A stretch of 16,162 bases of DNA. It comes from a virus. Within the stretch, counting starts at the first letter, position 1. Each line of letters opens with the position of its first letter. Positions 8,757 through 16,162 of the stretch are shown in pieces. The position numbers were made by a program, and so were the translations under genes. The stretch lies in UHGV virus genome UHGV-0124814. One strand, given 5' to 3'. The notes beneath the pieces are model-generated. The model saw only the letters and a program-made list of their open reading frames with translations. It ran no database searches and was not told where the DNA came from.

Positions 8757-8930
8757 TAAATCCTGGTGTTTGTGATGACTGGCTCTTATCTCAACGCAGC
8801 CCCTTACCGCGCGCAAGATGCTCAATATCAAGCATCAGCAATGAGATGTTAAATCTGGATTCACTCCAGAAGTGATCACCACCCTGTCTACAGAGCCAGA
8901 TGTGAAGGATGATGAGTAAAATTATCGCTA

Positions 8931-9398
8931 TCATCGAAGGCATTGCGTCCTGATGTATTCCTGAAGCGTTCTCAGTGCTGTTTGGTCGCGGATAATTCCG
9001 TCCCGGATACCGAGAACGTTTCGTCCAGCAACTGGAGAGAGTTCGACGGTGGCATCATTGCCCATGCCGGAGGCGCTGGAGGTTTCGGCTGAGGATGGCA
9101 CAGGGCATTTTCCTTTGACGAGCACCCTGCCACCATTATCAAGCTTGCGACGAAGAGCATCATTTTCAGCTTTCGCATCAGCTAACTCCTTCGTGTATTT
9201 TGCATCGAGCGCAGCAACATCACGCTGACGCATCTGCATGTCAGTAATTGCCGCGTTCGCCAGCTTCAGTTCTCTGACATTTTTGTCGCGCTGGGCTTTG
9301 TAGGTAATGGCGTTATCACGGTAATGATTCAGCCCCAGACTAAGCACACCACAGGCTACCAGCAGGACAATAATCACCACACACAGAACACGGTTCAT
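8931..9398 (-). CDS. Rz: Rz i-spanin
   Basis: From ATG at 9398 (SD GGTGGTGA): '[17 protein letters not shown]...[60 protein letters not shown]...' closely resembling lambda Rz; the longer track ORF starts at an upstream codon. Confidence 0.85.
   Translation of the reverse strand: MNRVLCVVIIVLLVACGVLSLGLNHYRDNAITYKAQRDKNVRELKLANAAITDMQMRQRDVAALDAKYTKELADAKAENDALRRKLDNGGRVLVKGKCPVPSSAETSSASGMGNDATVELSPVAGRNVLGIRDGIIRDQTALRTLQEYIRTQCLR
8972..9178 (-). CDS. Rz1: Rz1 o-spanin lipoprotein, embedded in Rz in the +1 frame
   Basis: 68-aa ORF '[21 protein letters not shown]...' with lipobox 'VAGC' and proline-rich stretch '[11 protein letters not shown]'; embedded position typical of Rz1. Confidence 0.8.
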   Translation of the reverse strand: MRKLKMMLFVASLIMVAGCSSKENALCHPQPKPPAPPAWAMMPPSNSLQLLDETFSVSGTELSATKQH

Positions 9399-9497
9399 AT
9401 CACCACCAACGGATTGTCCAGACCAGAACAGCAATGGCCACAATACGAATGGCAAATGCCATTGCCCGAATAAGTTCAGCACTCATCTTTTTAAAGT

Positions 9498-10433
9498 TCA
9501 CGATTTCAGCGCAATGACCAGTTTTGCCAGCCCATACAGCATCGGAGACACAGCAATAGCGTATGTATTTTTCCAGTAATACGTCGTGTCACCACAAATC
9601 CACGGCACATTTACAGCACTGCCACCATGACACTGCGCGTTAAACACAGTGAGGTCAGCACGAAACTGCTTCAGCATGGCTGTAAACAGCGCAGGTTGCT
9701 GTGCGTAGGTGGCGGCGCTCATGTCAAACTCTCCCTGCATCCAGCACACCGCCAGCAACACATTTTTCGGGTTCTTCTGTAATGCCGCTTTGGTGCGTGC
9801 GATCAGGTCCTGATATAACGGTTTACCCACACCCCAGCGTGCCGAATCCTGGCTGGCCCCCGTGTCCGCACTGAATGTCCCCTCCGCGCCCTGGGTGAAT
9901 GCCGAACCACCACGACAGCATGGTACCAGCAGGATCCCCGCGTTATTCGGGATATACGGAAGCAGTTTTTTGGCAATATGTAAGCCCTGGCCGACACAGC
10001 CGTACTGCCCTTTGCTCAGGTCTGCCTTCGGATGATTCAGCGTACTCATATCCTGCACATCATGCAGACAGTGGTCAGCCGGGATGATGTCGTTATACGT
10101 ACAACTCTCTCCACCCGGAGTTACCGTGCTGCGGCGCGCCAGCTGTTTAATGCGCGGATCCGGAGCATCGTAAGAATCCGGTAACGGAAGCCCTTCACCG
10201 TAGGCCATGCCGTTGGACTGTCCGGCAAGCACAACCACGTAGAACCAGTCCGGCTCAGATGAAGGGCCGACCTGTGGATCTCCTTCAATAGCCACCGCCT
10301 GCATCAGTGTGTACGGCGTAATGGCAACCGGTCCGCCATATGGCTGCCAGCCCTCTTTCAGTTTGTGTGTCAGCTTTTCCGCAAGGTCTGACGGCGACGC
10401 CGCCCTGACAACATCATAGTGTTTAAATGCCAT
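9498..10433 (-). CDS. Prophage NanS-p-like sialate 9-O-acetylesterase (N-terminal DUF1737-like segment plus esterase core), probably C-terminally truncated
   Basis: 311-aa ORF with 'VVLAGQSNGMAYGEGLPLPD', 'GILLVPCCRGGSAF', 'CWMQGEFD', 'WICGDTTYYWK' resembling E. coli NanS/YjhS as recalled; strong SD GGGAGGA; ORF ends ~100 nt before Rz. Confidence 0.8.
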   Translation of the reverse strand: MAFKHYDVVRAASPSDLAEKLTHKLKEGWQPYGGPVAITPYTLMQAVAIEGDPQVGPSSEPDWFYVVVLAGQSNGMAYGEGLPLPDSYDAPDPRIKQLARRSTVTPGGESCTYNDIIPADHCLHDVQDMSTLNHPKADLSKGQYGCVGQGLHIAKKLLPYIPNNAGILLVPCCRGGSAFTQGAEGTFSADTGASQDSARWGVGKPLYQDLIARTKAALQKNPKNVLLAVCWMQGEFDMSAATYAQQPALFTAMLKQFRADLTVFNAQCHGGSAVNVPWICGDTTYYWKNTYAIAVSPMLYGLAKLVIALKS

Positions 10434-10626
10434 GAATCCTCCCGGCCGGGATAATATTGTGAGTAAAATGAGGAGCGGGCTGAAGTCCGGAAGTTACAGG
10501 ACAATGGCAGAAGAGAGACGACAGCCCGCAATTCGAAAAAGACCGCGCAGTTGCGCAGAGTGATTACTATGGGGTATTATTCGCCAGCTGAAATATTACT
10601 TCACGTTTTATTGTTTATTCCTTGCC

Positions 10627-10655
10627 GCCCGCGTCTCCCAGCGCGGGCTTTTTTT
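10627..10655 (+). terminator. Rho-independent terminator on + strand (GCCCGCG-TCTCCCA-CGCGGGC then TTTTTTT)
   Basis: Perfect 7-bp GC stem with 7-T run read directly. Confidence 0.4.
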
Positions 10656-10658
10656 GCC

Positions 10659-10686
10659 CACAAGAAAGCCCCTCCGGAGAGGGGCT
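10659..10686 (-). terminator. Terminator-like hairpin on - strand (AGCCCCTC-UCCG-GAGGGGCU then UUUCUUGU), back-to-back with the + strand terminator
   Basis: 8-bp stem with tetraloop and T-rich tail on the - strand, downstream of the tRNA cluster and upstream of the esterase gene. Confidence 0.35.
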
Positions 10687-10923
10687 GGAGAGTGGCGCTA
10701 TGTGCCATTGCATGGTGCCGGGTGCCTCCCGGTGAATTCAGTACCAGCACCTGAATCCGCGATTATCCCATATACCTACTCGCTGATTGCCCCTCCGCAC
10801 AGGGGGATTCACCATGCCAGTTTCTTTTAACAAACTCCCCGCAAACCAGACAACAGTCAACCGTCTGAATTGTGAGACATTTAAAAAAAAAGGCCCGCAA
10901 AAGCGAGCCAGGGAAAATAAGTG

Positions 10924-11000
10924 TGGCGCGTTGTACTGGATTCGAACCAGTGACCGATTGCTTAGAAGGCAATTGCTCTGTCCGGCTGAGCTAACAACGC
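10924..11000 (-). tRNA. tRNA-Arg (anticodon TCT)
   Basis: Reverse complement folds as cloverleaf: acceptor GCGTTGT/ACAACGC, D-arm GCTC..GAGC, anticodon stem ATTGC/GCAAT with loop CTTCTAA, T-arm ACTGG-TTCGAAT-CCAGT, encoded CCA. Confidence 0.85.
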
Positions 11001-11013
11001 ATGATGCAGATAA

Positions 11014-11090
11014 TGGACCGCCATCGGGGACTTGAACCCCGCGCAGCCAGCTTCGAAGGCTGGCGCTCTTTCCTGATGAGCTAATGGCGG
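11014..11090 (-). tRNA. tRNA-Arg (anticodon TCG)
   Basis: Cloverleaf: acceptor CCGCCAT/ATGGCGG, D-arm GCTC..GAGC, anticodon stem CCAGC/GCTGG with loop CTTCGAA, T-arm CGGGG-TTCAAGT-CCCCG, encoded CCA. Confidence 0.8.
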
Positions 11091-11097
11091 TATGTGA

Positions 11098-11173
11098 TGG
11101 TGGCCCTTGCTGGATTTGAACCAGCGACCTGGCGATTATGAGTCGCTCGCTCTCACCACTGAGCTAAAGGGCC
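11098..11173 (-). tRNA. tRNA-Ile2-like (anticodon CAT; could formally be Met)
   Basis: Cloverleaf: acceptor GGCCCTT/AAGGGCC, anticodon loop CTCATAA, T-arm GCTGG-TTCAAAT-CCAGC, CCA; overall very similar to E. coli tRNA-Ile2 as recalled. Confidence 0.8.
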
Positions 11174-11222
11174 GGAAGCAGAATAATAATGGTGCGTAAT
11201 TAATTCTGCAATCTCATCCGTT

Positions 11223-11678
11223 TCAAACGATTAAATCCTGAACTTCCCTGACTGTCTGCTCAAAACGTCCGGTCTCCAGTTCAACGCCAATCGCACGACG
11301 CCCGAGCGCCAGTGCCGCTTTTACCGTTGAACCTGAGCCCATAAAAAAATCTGCAACCTGGTCTCCCGGACGACTGCTCGCGTTGATTATCTGCTGCAAC
11401 ATTTCTGCCGGTTTTTCGCACGGATGTTTCCCTGGATAGTACTGCACCGGTTTATACGTCCACACATCGGTGTACGGCACCTGCACCGTCACACCGAAAT
11501 ACCTCCGCAAATTTTTATATTCACTCAGCAGTTCCATATACTGCCGGTTCAGCTCACTGTATGTGCTGACCAGTTGGTAATGGGACTTTTCCAGTTCTCC
11601 CCGCTGATGTTTCTCTTCTGCCACCCGGGCAAACAGCGACTGTAATTTCAGATAATCGCTTTCGTTCGGTATCCGGCG
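11223..11678 (-). pseudogene. C-terminal fragment of a phage DNA N6-adenine/N4-cytosine methyltransferase; N-terminal half absent
   Basis: Frame open from 11678 with no ATG (first start-like codon is GTG at 11624); contains 'HPCEKP' and C-terminal SAM motif 'FFMGSGST' but no DPPY-type motif. Confidence 0.65.
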
Positions 11679-11753
11679 TTAATTGTTAACTGGTTAACGT
11701 CACCTGGAGGCACCAGGCACCGCATCACAAAATTCATTGTTGAGGACGCGATA

Positions 11754-11942
11754 ATGGAAACGTTATTACCAAACGTTAATACGTCTGAAGGTTGTTTTGA
11801 AATTGGTGTCACTATCAGTAACCCTGTATTTACTGAAGATGCCATTAACAAGAGAAAACACGAACGGGAGCTATTAAATAAAATATGCATTCTTTCAATG
11901 CTGGCCCGTTTACGTCCGATACAAAAAGGATGCTGGCAATGA
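11754..11942 (+). CDS. Hypothetical small protein, 62 aa
   Basis: ATG preceded by SD (GAGGACGCGATA-ATG); stop overlaps the next ATG (ATGA); no family recognised. Confidence 0.45.
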   Translation: METLLPNVNTSEGCFEIGVTISNPVFTEDAINKRKHERELLNKICILSMLARLRPIQKGCWQ

Positions 11943-12130
11943 ATACAGCATTTGCACTTGTTCTGACAGTTTTTCTTGTTTCCGGAGAGCCAGTTGATAT
12001 TGCAGTCAGTGTTCACAGGACAATGCAGGAGTGTGTGACTGCAGCAACCGAACAGAAAATTCCCGGTAACTGTTACCCGGTCGATAAAGTTATTCACCAG
12101 GATAATAACGAAATCCCGGCAGGTCTTTAA
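11939..12130 (+). CDS. Hypothetical small protein, 63 aa, with N-terminal hydrophobic segment (signal peptide or membrane anchor) and two Cys
   Basis: ATG at 11939 with AAAGGA 8 nt upstream; 'MNTAFALVLTVFLVSGEPVDIAVSV...'; the track ORF starts 18 codons earlier at a less likely ATG. Confidence 0.45.
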   Translation: MNTAFALVLTVFLVSGEPVDIAVSVHRTMQECVTAATEQKIPGNCYPVDKVIHQDNNEIPAGL

Positions 12131-12222
12131 AACAGTTCCGTAATAAACATCCGATTTCATTCTTATATGCCAGCAATGGCAGGGATTTGTTCACCCTTAA
12201 ATCTGTAATGAGGTAAAACAAA

Positions 12223-14694
12223 ATGAGTAAAGTCTTTATTTGCGCCGCCATTCCGGACGAACAGGCAATAAAGGAAGAAGGTGCAGTCGCTGTAGCCACT
12301 GCCATTGAAGCTGGCGACGAACGCCGTGCTCGAGCAAAATTTCACTGGCAATTCCTGGAACATTATCCGGCTGCTCAGGACTGCGCTTATAAATTTCTTG
12401 TTTGCGAGGATAAACCCGGTATACCCCGCCCTGCCCTCGATTCCTGGGATGCTGAATATATGCAGGAAAACCGCTGGGATGAGGAGTCTGCTTCCTTTGT
12501 CCCGGTTGAGACTGAATCCGATCCGATGAACGTCACTTTTGACAAGCTGGCCCCTGAAGTACAGAACGCTGTCATGGTTAAGTTCGACACATGTGAAAAC
12601 ATCACCGTTGATATGGTTATTAGCGCACAGGAATTGTTGCAGGAAGACATGGCAACATTCGACGGACATATCGTTGAAGCGTTGATGAAAATGCCAGATG
12701 TTAACGCCATGTATCCGGAGCTTAAGCTGCATGCCATCGGGTGGGTTAAGCATAAATGTAAGCCTGGTGCCAAATGGCCCGAAATTCAGGCAGAGATGCG
12801 CATCTGGAAAAAACGTCGCGAAGGTGAACGCAAGGAAACCGGAAAATACACGTCTGTTGTTGATCTCGCCCGCGCCAGAACCAATCAACAGCACACTGAA
12901 AATTCAACAGGAAAAATCAACCCGGTCATTGCTGCCATTCATCGCGAATACAAGCAGACATGGAAAACACTGGATGACGAACTGGCCTACGCTCTCTGGC
13001 CTGGTGATGTGGATGCCGGAAACATTGACGGCAGCATCCATCGCTGGGCAAAAAATGAAGTTATCGACAACGACCGCGAAGACTGGAAGCGTATCTCGGC
13101 ATCAATGCGCAAACAGCCTGATGCCCTTCGCTACGACCGCCAGACTATTTTTGGCCTTGTCCGTGAACGTCCGATCGACATTCACAAAGACCCTGTGGCA
13201 CTGAACAAATACATTACTGAATACCTGACTACAAAGGGCGTGTTTGAAGATGAAGGAACAAATCAGAGCGCAACTGATACTCTCTCGTCGCCAGTACCAG
13301 AAACTGATGCAGTGGAAACGGCAATTCCGGACAACGAAAAAACCGAATGCAAAGTGGAAGTCGAACCATCTGTAGAACGTGAGGGGCCGTTCTACTTCCT
13401 CTTCACCGACAAGGATGGCGAAAAATACGGTCGCGCAAACAAACTTTCTGGTCTGGATAAGGCGCTGTCTGCTGGGGCTACTGAAATCACGAAAGAAGAA
13501 TATTTCGCCCGCAAAAACGGTACATACTCAGGTTCACAACAAAATACTGGTGCATCTGACACGACCGCACAACCAGGGTCAGTAAAAGTTACCGCTGACG
13601 AAGTAAACAAAATTATGCAGGCAGCCAATATCAGCCAGCCTGACGCCGATGAACTGCTTGCAGTATCACGTGGTGAATTTGTTGAAGGGATTAGCGACCC
13701 GAATGATCCGAAATGGGTAAAGGGGATTGAAACCCGCGATTCTGTAAACCAGAACCAGCAAGAATCGGAACAGAACGACCAGAAAGCGGAACAAAACAGC
13801 CCAAATGCGTTACAAAACGAGCCAGAAACGAAACAGCCTGAATCAGTGGCGCAACAGGAAGTGGAAAAAGTCTGCACCGCCTGCGGTCAGACCGGCGGCG
13901 GCAACTGCCCTGATTGTGGCGCGGTAATGGGCGACGCAACATACCAGGAAACATTCGATGAAGAGTATCAGCCTGAAGTTCAGGAAGATGATCCGGAGGA
14001 AATGGAAGGCGCTGAACATCCACACAAGGAGAACACTGGCGGCAATAAGCATCACGATAGCGATAATGAAACTGGCGAGACGGCAGATCACTCAATTAAG
14101 GTGAACGGTCATCAAGAAATCACATCCACCAGCAGGACGTGTGACCATCTAATGATCGACCTTGAAACCATGGGAAAAAATCCTGATGCCCCGATCATCT
14201 CAATAGGTGCAATATTTTTCGATCCGCAAACCGGAGATATGGGACCGGAATTTAGTAAGACTATCGATCTGGAAACTGCTGGCGGAGTCATTGATCGGGA
14301 CACCATTAAATGGTGGCTTAAGCAATCACGCGAAGCGCAATCTGCCATTATGACCGATGAAATCCCGTTAGATGATGCACTGTTACAATTGCGGGAATTT
14401 ATCGACGAAAACTCCGGTGAATTTTTTGTTCAGGTTTGGGGAAATGGAGCCAACTTCGACAACACGATTTTGCGCCGTTCATACGAACGGCAGGGGATCC
14501 CCTGCCCGTGGCGTTACTACAACGATCGCGATGTACGCACAATCGTTGAGCTGGGGAAAGCCATAGACTTCGATGCCAGAACGGCTATTCCATTCGAAGG
14601 TGAGCGCCATAATGCACTTGATGACGCCCGTTACCAGGCAAAATACGTTTCAGCTATCTGGCAAAAACTGATCCCGAGTCAGGCTGATTTTTAA
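12223..14694 (+). CDS. Large prophage early-region protein with C-terminal DEDDh (DnaQ-like) 3'-5' exonuclease domain, central Cys4 zinc-ribbon-like motif and acidic linker
   Basis: 823-aa ORF with SD GAGGT; C-terminal motifs 'MIDLETMG', 'WGNGANFDNT', 'HNALDDARY'; 'CTACGQTGGGNCPDCG'; position immediately upstream of xis/int. Confidence 0.8.
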   Translation: MSKVFICAAIPDEQAIKEEGAVAVATAIEAGDERRARAKFHWQFLEHYPAAQDCAYKFLVCEDKPGIPRPALDSWDAEYMQENRWDEESASFVPVETESDPMNVTFDKLAPEVQNAVMVKFDTCENITVDMVISAQELLQEDMATFDGHIVEALMKMPDVNAMYPELKLHAIGWVKHKCKPGAKWPEIQAEMRIWKKRREGERKETGKYTSVVDLARARTNQQHTENSTGKINPVIAAIHREYKQTWKTLDDELAYALWPGDVDAGNIDGSIHRWAKNEVIDNDREDWKRISASMRKQPDALRYDRQTIFGLVRERPIDIHKDPVALNKYITEYLTTKGVFEDEGTNQSATDTLSSPVPETDAVETAIPDNEKTECKVEVEPSVEREGPFYFLFTDKDGEKYGRANKLSGLDKALSAGATEITKEEYFARKNGTYSGSQQNTGASDTTAQPGSVKVTADEVNKIMQAANISQPDADELLAVSRGEFVEGISDPNDPKWVKGIETRDSVNQNQQESEQNDQKAEQNSPNALQNEPETKQPESVAQQEVEKVCTACGQTGGGNCPDCGAVMGDATYQETFDEEYQPEVQEDDPEEMEGAEHPHKENTGGNKHHDSDNETGETADHSIKVNGHQEITSTSRTCDHLMIDLETMGKNPDAPIISIGAIFFDPQTGDMGPEFSKTIDLETAGGVIDRDTIKWWLKQSREAQSAIMTDEIPLDDALLQLREFIDENSGEFFVQVWGNGANFDNTILRRSYERQGIPCPWRYYNDRDVRTIVELGKAIDFDARTAIPFEGERHNALDDARYQAKYVSAIWQKLIPSQADF

Positions 14695-14755
14695 TGTTCA
14701 ACCGTCGCCAGTTGTCGTTGATATTCTGCAACTGGCGCGTTCCGGAGTGATAGCC

Positions 14756-15025
14756 ATGAGCGAACAGTACCTGATAACGCTCGACGAGTGGAAACCAAAA
14801 CGGTTCAGTCTCCCAATAACAAACACTACCCTGGTGAAATACGGAAAACTAGGATACATCGTTCCAAGACCACAAAAAATTCGTGGGCGTTGGCTGATAG
14901 ATCGCCGAGCAGTATTTGTTGGGCCTGGTGAAACGGGAATTGCGCCGGAAATTCATACTGGCGATGATGATGCACTGAAGGAGATTTTAACTCATGTCAC
15001 CGAGGCCACGAAAAAACAGCACTGA
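14756..15025 (+). CDS. xis: Excisionase (Xis-like)
   Basis: 89-aa ORF from ATG at 14756 (SD GGAG 8 nt upstream), immediately upstream of and overlapping int by 32 nt. Confidence 0.65.
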   Translation: MSEQYLITLDEWKPKRFSLPITNTTLVKYGKLGYIVPRPQKIRGRWLIDRRAVFVGPGETGIAPEIHTGDDDALKEILTHVTEATKKQH

Positions 15026-16112
15026 CGTAGCCGGTCTTTACGAAAAGTTTGATCGCAGAACTGGCAGAGTTTACTACCAGTATAAAAATCCTGTGACTGG
15101 AAAATTTCACGGACTCGGAACAGACAAAGGTAAGGCAGAAAAAATCGCTTCCACAGCCAATCAGCGAATAGCTGCAGCAGAAGCTGAATATTTCATGCGC
15201 AAAATTGATGAAAGTCCGTCAGCAACAAAACGTCGGGGTATCAGATTAAAGGCATGGGTTGATCGATATCTGAAAATACAGGACACGCGACTGAAAAATG
15301 GAGATATTGCAGCTACAACTCACAAAGAAAAAACTCGAATGGCTGCATACCTGGTTTCCCGTCTGGGAAACCCCCCATTGAAAGAACTGGAAGTAAGAGA
15401 CTTTGCATTAATACTGGATGAGTGGCTGGATAAAGACATGGTCAGCACAGCGAGAGTAAATCGTGGATTATGGGTTGATATTTATAAAGAAGCACAGCAT
15501 GCAGGGGAAGTTCCTCCTGGATGGAATCCTCCGGAGGCTACCCGTAAACCGATCCCTAAAGTAACCAGAGCCAGGCTCACCATGGAAGACTGGCAAAAAA
15601 TTTACAATGCAACGCCTGAAAAACACTTTATCCGTAACGCAATGCTTCTTGCGATTGTTACTGGTCAGCGCCGTGATGACATTTGCCACATGCGTTTTTC
15701 AGATGTGTGGAACGAACACTTGCATATCACCCAGGGAAAAACCGGAATGCGTCTGGCGTTACCGCTTACACTACGCTGTGATGCCATTGGGATAACGTTA
15801 AAAGAAGTTATTGATGGGTGCCGAGACAGAATATTAAGTCCATATCTAATCCATAGTCGGCACCAGAAACAACCGAAGCCGATGAGTAAAGACAACCTGA
15901 GCGACTACTTTGCCAAAGCACGGGATCTGGCTGGGATAATTCCACCAGCAGGAAAAACTCCGCCAACATTTCATGAACAACGCTCTCTATCAGAACGGCT
16001 GTACCGTGCACAGGGTATCGATACAAAAACATTACTAGGACATAAAGTCCAGGCAACCACCGATCGCTATAACGATACTCGAGGTCAGGAATGGGTTAAG
16101 CTGGTTATTTGA
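14994..16112 (+). CDS. int: Tyrosine site-specific integrase, lambda Int family
   Basis: 372-aa ORF; C-terminal catalytic region '...TGQRRDDICHMRFSDV...', 'HEQRSLSERLY', 'LLGHKVQATTDRYNDTRGQEW' parallels lambda Int RHR-Y motifs; distinct from lambda Int itself. Confidence 0.9.
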   Translation: MSPRPRKNSTDVAGLYEKFDRRTGRVYYQYKNPVTGKFHGLGTDKGKAEKIASTANQRIAAAEAEYFMRKIDESPSATKRRGIRLKAWVDRYLKIQDTRLKNGDIAATTHKEKTRMAAYLVSRLGNPPLKELEVRDFALILDEWLDKDMVSTARVNRGLWVDIYKEAQHAGEVPPGWNPPEATRKPIPKVTRARLTMEDWQKIYNATPEKHFIRNAMLLAIVTGQRRDDICHMRFSDVWNEHLHITQGKTGMRLALPLTLRCDAIGITLKEVIDGCRDRILSPYLIHSRHQKQPKPMSKDNLSDYFAKARDLAGIIPPAGKTPPTFHEQRSLSERLYRAQGIDTKTLLGHKVQATTDRYNDTRGQEWVKLVI

Positions 16113-16162
16113 CAAACACCATATGGAATATCCGTCACCATCTCAGGAAAAAAGTGTTGTAA

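Larger units (their letters stand above)
38..16162. mobile_element. Degraded lambda-like (lambdoid) prophage remnant, inverted; gene order int-xis-exonuclease ... methylase stump-tRNAs-nanS-like-Rz/Rz1-morons-cos-Nu1/Z stump-U-V/J stumps-lom-stf-tfa-cargo; att sites not identifiable inside the window
   Basis: Colinear with the lambda prophage map read on the opposite strand; several proteins and the cos region match lambda as I recall it; multiple modules missing. Confidence 0.8.

Noticed and set aside
8464-8875. ORFs 8464..8775 and 8561..8875 on the + strand
   Set aside because: Antisense to the 95-aa moron ORF and the terminator region; no RBS; - strand features explain the sequence better.
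7380-8930. Possibility that the window is phage lambda itself or a lambda cloning vector
   Set aside because: The DNA beyond cosQ diverges from the lambda right end as I recall it (no bor-like lipoprotein), int and xis differ from lambda, and the structural gene deletions are not vector-like.
9399-9497. Looked for holin and endolysin genes upstream of Rz
   Set aside because: Only ~100 nt separate the esterase stop from the Rz start; the N-terminal extension of the track ORF 8931..9482 is hydrophobic but lacks holin-like topology and is too short.
10434-10923. Looked for Shiga toxin stxA/stxB between the tRNA cluster and the esterase gene
   Set aside because: No ORF of suitable size or signal-peptide-bearing A/B subunit pair exists in this ~480 bp interval.
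10551-10972. ORFs 10551..10754 (+), 10763..10972 (-) and 10787..11035 (+)
   Set aside because: They overlap the terminator hairpins or the tRNA-Arg gene; no RBS; better explained as non-coding intergenic and tRNA sequence.
11648-12160. 170-aa ORF on the - strand
   Set aside because: Antisense to the coupled small + strand ORFs; Cys-rich low-complexity translation with no RBS; the + strand ORFs have better translation signals.
12163-14348. Several - strand ORFs (12163..12894, 12387..12773, 13392..13877, 13691..14095, 13843..14091, 14112..14348) and + ORFs 12305..12529, 12698..13204
   Set aside because: All lie inside or antisense to the 823-aa exonuclease gene, which has a strong SD and recognisable motifs; none has a convincing start context.
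1-16162. Scanned for CRISPR arrays, IS elements or transposase genes, and rRNA
   Set aside because: No regularly spaced direct repeats, terminal inverted repeats with transposase ORFs, or rRNA-like sequence seen; the only structured repeats are the stf coding repeats and short terminator palindromes.

Overview
Almost the whole window is a deletion-riddled lambda-like prophage remnant in inverted orientation, with attL expected just past the right edge. No tools were run; all calls rest on reading the sequence, motifs and my memory of phage lambda proteins. On the + strand at the right end sit xis, int and an 823-aa DEDDh exonuclease gene. On the - strand, reading high to low: a DNA methylase stump, three tRNAs (Ile2-CAT, Arg-TCG, Arg-TCT), a NanS-p-like sialate O-acetylesterase, Rz/Rz1 spanins with no holin or endolysin, three AT-rich ORFs of unknown function, a lambda-type cos site, stumps of Nu1-Z and V-J around an intact U, then lom, stf and tfa. 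A convergent AT-rich SAM-methyltransferase gene closes the left end. The immunity, replication, Q, holin/endolysin, head and most tail genes are absent, so the element cannot run a lytic cycle alone. The best candidates for undescribed biology are the three-ORF cassette between Rz and cos (7567-8712), a translationally coupled pair of small ORFs (11754-12130), the left-end methyltransferase and the multi-domain exonuclease. I could not assign function to the small ORFs by eye. No CRISPR array, IS element or stx toxin gene was seen.
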